From an uncultured delta proteobacterium (lineage in GTDB: Bacteria; Desulfobacterota; Zymogenia; Zymogenales; Zymogenaceae), in the NCBI GenBank assembly GCA_963735595.1, contig CAVTLK010000004.1, positions 96,001 to 160,000 of the forward strand: a stretch of DNA of 64,000 nucleotides. Direction: 5' to 3'. Both the position numbers and the translations under genes were made by a program. The notes beneath the pieces were generated by a model that was not told where the DNA came from, did not search any database, and saw only the letters and a program-made list of their open reading frames with translations. Below are positions 61,578 to 64,000 of the stretch, piece by piece. Positions within the stretch are counted from its first letter, which is position 1; every line of letters begins with the position of its first letter.

Positions 61578-62753
61578 ATGCTTCGAAACGTAGCCATCGT
61601 CAGCGCCCATCAGACGAAATTTGACGGGAATAAGGCCGACGAGCGCTTTCAGGAGATGTGCTGGCCCCTGGTAAAGAAGTGCATGACGGATACGGGTTTG
61701 GTTTTCGTCCCCGGCAGGGGAATCGATTTTGCCATTACCTGCTCTGACGACTTCTTCGACCAGCGAACCATCTCCGACGGTCCGATGGGGGACCTTGTCG
61801 GCGCCGGCAGGTGGGGTGGTGAGGAAAAGGTGGCCTCGGACGGCACAATGGCGGTTCTCTACGCGGCCGCCGGAATTGCCTCCGGCCACTATGACGTTGT
61901 TATCGTCCTGGCCCACGCTAAGGAGTCACAGGTAGACTCGCGAAACATCGTCACCTTCCATGCATTCGATCCCTTTTATTCCCGCTTCCTCGGCATGGAC
62001 TATACCAAGGCCCTCGGCCTCCAGGCCGACTCTTATCTGAAGAAATGGGAAATATCCGAAGAGCGGATTGCCGCCATTCCCGTGCGGGCGGCCAGGAACG
62101 GGAAGAATAACCCGCTGGCGCTGCGCACCGGGGATATTACCGCGGCCGACGTCATGAAATCAAAACCGGTCTCTTCCCCCATCAAGGAGCTCGACCTCTA
62201 TCCCGTGAGCGATGGCGCCGTCTGTATGATCCTGGCCGAAGAGACCAAGGCCCGGGCGCTTACCGACAAACCCGTCTGGATCACGGGCTTCGGCAACTGC
62301 TACGACTCCTATTTCCTCGGCGACCGCAACCTATGGGAAACGACCAGCTTAACGCGAGCGTCCCGGGCCGCCTATCGGACGGCCGGCATTACCAACCCGG
62401 CCGAGGAGCTGGACGTGGCTGAGATCAGCGTTCAGGCCGGCTACCAGGAACCCCTCTGGTACGAGGGTCTTGGATGGGCCGAGCAGGGAAAGGGCATGGA
62501 GCTCTTCGAGAAGGGCGACACCGATATGAAGGGCAAGCTCCCGGTCAATCCCTCCGGCGGGCAGCTCTGCGGTAATCCGCTCCTCCTTTCCGGCGCCGTC
62601 CGAACGACCGAATGTTTCCTGCAGCTGCGCAACGAGGCCGGCAAACGCCAGGTCAAGGGCGCCAAGAGGGCGCTTGCCCACGGCGTGGCGGGACCGGCCG
62701 GGCAATTCCACGCGGTATTGATCCTCGGCAACGATGAGGGAGGGAAAAAATGA
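61578..62753 (+). CDS. SCP-x/thiolase-fold protein, Ltp4-like (no nucleophile Cys)
   Basis: PVSDGA, VNPSGG, LQLRNEAGKRQV; EKVASDG at the usual Cys position. Confidence 0.8.
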   Translation: MLRNVAIVSAHQTKFDGNKADERFQEMCWPLVKKCMTDTGLVFVPGRGIDFAITCSDDFFDQRTISDGPMGDLVGAGRWGGEEKVASDGTMAVLYAAAGIASGHYDVVIVLAHAKESQVDSRNIVTFHAFDPFYSRFLGMDYTKALGLQADSYLKKWEISEERIAAIPVRAARNGKNNPLALRTGDITAADVMKSKPVSSPIKELDLYPVSDGAVCMILAEETKARALTDKPVWITGFGNCYDSYFLGDRNLWETTSLTRASRAAYRTAGITNPAEELDVAEISVQAGYQEPLWYEGLGWAEQGKGMELFEKGDTDMKGKLPVNPSGGQLCGNPLLLSGAVRTTECFLQLRNEAGKRQVKGAKRALAHGVAGPAGQFHAVLILGNDEGGKK

Positions 62754-63916
62754 AAAAATCACGAAACGTAGCCATAGCCGGAATCGGCCAGACCAAACAC
62801 CGCGGTCACCGGGAAGACGTCAACATCGCCGAGCTCATCTCCGAGTCGGTGGAGGAGGTGTTGGCGGACTCGATGGTGGATATTTCCGACATAGACGCGA
62901 TCGTCCACGGAAATATGGAGCTGTTTGAGGGCATTCACCAGCCGGACATGTGGCACGTGATAGCCGACGGCGCCTACGGCAAGGCCGGCTACCGCATAAC
63001 CACCGGCGGTACGACCGGCGCTACGCTGGTATCGGCGGCCGACCACCTTGTCGCCTCCGGAATGCACGACCTGGTGCTGGCCATCGGGTTCGAGAAGCAG
63101 GAAGAGGGGATGACCACCACCGGTATCACCAATATGTCCTGCCCGTTATGGGACCGCGAGGTCCAGACCGGCGCAATAACCGGGACCACGGGCGTCATTA
63201 TGATGAACAAGTACGGCCAGAAGGCCGAGGAGGCCGCCGCGGAGCTGCGCGTCCTCATGGCTACCAACGCCCGAAAGAACTTCAAGGCCCACCTGAGGCT
63301 CGACATCACCAGGAAGGACGTCCTGGAGTCCCGCGTGCTGGCCTGGCCGCTGAGGCTCTTGCACATGTGCCCCGAGTCCAACGGCGCCTGCGCGATGCTG
63401 TTTGCCTCGGAAGAGATGGCAAAGAAGCTGCCCCAGAAGAAGGTCTGGATGCACGATCACGTCACGGTACACCGTCAGGAGTTCTTTGATTTTGCGCATA
63501 TCGAAGACCTCAATACCCACGGCGAGGCCGCGCGCGTCCTTTACACGCGAAACGGCATCGTCAATCCAATCAAGCAGATCGGGGTATTCGAGATGTATGA
63601 TCCGTCCAGCTGGTGGGCACTGGACTGGCTGGGCAAGTTCCTCTTTATGGAAAACGGCGAGCAGATCGATATGGTTCTCAACGGCGATTTTGCAATCGAC
63701 GGCAAGTTCCCCGTCAACCCGTCCGGGGGCGTGGTCTCCACCAACCCCATCGGTGCCACCGCCATGATCCGGGTGGCCGAGGCGGCGCTTCAGATCAGAG
63801 GGGACGCCGACGACCACCAGGTGCCCAGGGACATCGACCTGGCTCTGGCCTCGGGTTTCGGCGGTACCTTCTGGACGGTGCTGCACCTGCTGGGTAAGGA
63901 CAAGCCCAACCACTAA
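62750..63916 (+). CDS. SCP-x/thiolase-fold protein, Ltp3-like (no nucleophile Cys)
   Basis: GIGQTK, FEG, RITTGGTTG, FEKQ, CPESNGACA, VNPSGGVVSTNPIGA. Confidence 0.82.
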   Translation: MKKSRNVAIAGIGQTKHRGHREDVNIAELISESVEEVLADSMVDISDIDAIVHGNMELFEGIHQPDMWHVIADGAYGKAGYRITTGGTTGATLVSAADHLVASGMHDLVLAIGFEKQEEGMTTTGITNMSCPLWDREVQTGAITGTTGVIMMNKYGQKAEEAAAELRVLMATNARKNFKAHLRLDITRKDVLESRVLAWPLRLLHMCPESNGACAMLFASEEMAKKLPQKKVWMHDHVTVHRQEFFDFAHIEDLNTHGEAARVLYTRNGIVNPIKQIGVFEMYDPSSWWALDWLGKFLFMENGEQIDMVLNGDFAIDGKFPVNPSGGVVSTNPIGATAMIRVAEAALQIRGDADDHQVPRDIDLALASGFGGTFWTVLHLLGKDKPNH

Positions 63917-63934
63917 CGGAAAAAGGAGTACGCT

Positions 63935-64000
63935 ATGGCTACCAAGACCGATAAAGAGGGACGGGAACTCGTTGAGATCCGATACGAGATGGGGATCCCC
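63935..64000 (+). CDS. Start of a downstream gene (possibly DUF35 Zn-ribbon/OB-fold), truncated
   Basis: AAGGAG SD then MATKTDKEGRELVEIRYEMGIP; family guessed only from context. Confidence 0.45.
   Translation, partial: MATKTDKEGRELVEIRYEMGIP

Overview
GC-rich bacterial chromosomal segment whose gene content (DUF4388/J-domain protein, MXAN_5187-like protein, sigma54 activator, CoA-dependent catabolic enzymes) suggests an anaerobic deltaproteobacterium-like organism (inference). It opens with the housekeeping cluster rplU-rpmA-obgE-proB-proA-nadD-rsfS, in which proB and rsfS appear to use ATT and CTG starts. Next come ilvE, an ABC exporter, a stretch of frameshifted genes at about 12.7-21 kb (probably assembly indels), a MntA/HepT toxin-antitoxin pair, comM, bfr and acyl-CoA metabolism genes. 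The rest holds a rhomboid-TPR module beside an AT-richer island, a large inverse autotransporter with a beta-helix passenger, two CDF transporters, folK, a two-component system with degP, rlmN, ndk and an Ltp4/Ltp3-like thiolase-fold pair. The best candidate for an undescribed system is the three-gene cluster at 41019-44204: a CheB-like protein lacking its receiver and esterase key residues, a protein with two His-less Hpt-like bundles around a helix-hairpin-helix, and a ParA ATPase. The second is a REC-multiPAS sigma54 activator with three 18-bp enhancer-like boxes and a -24/-12 promoter ahead of two paralogous stand-alone V4R proteins (52450-57660). No rRNA, tRNA or CRISPR array was seen. 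All domain calls are by-eye motif recognition, not database searches.
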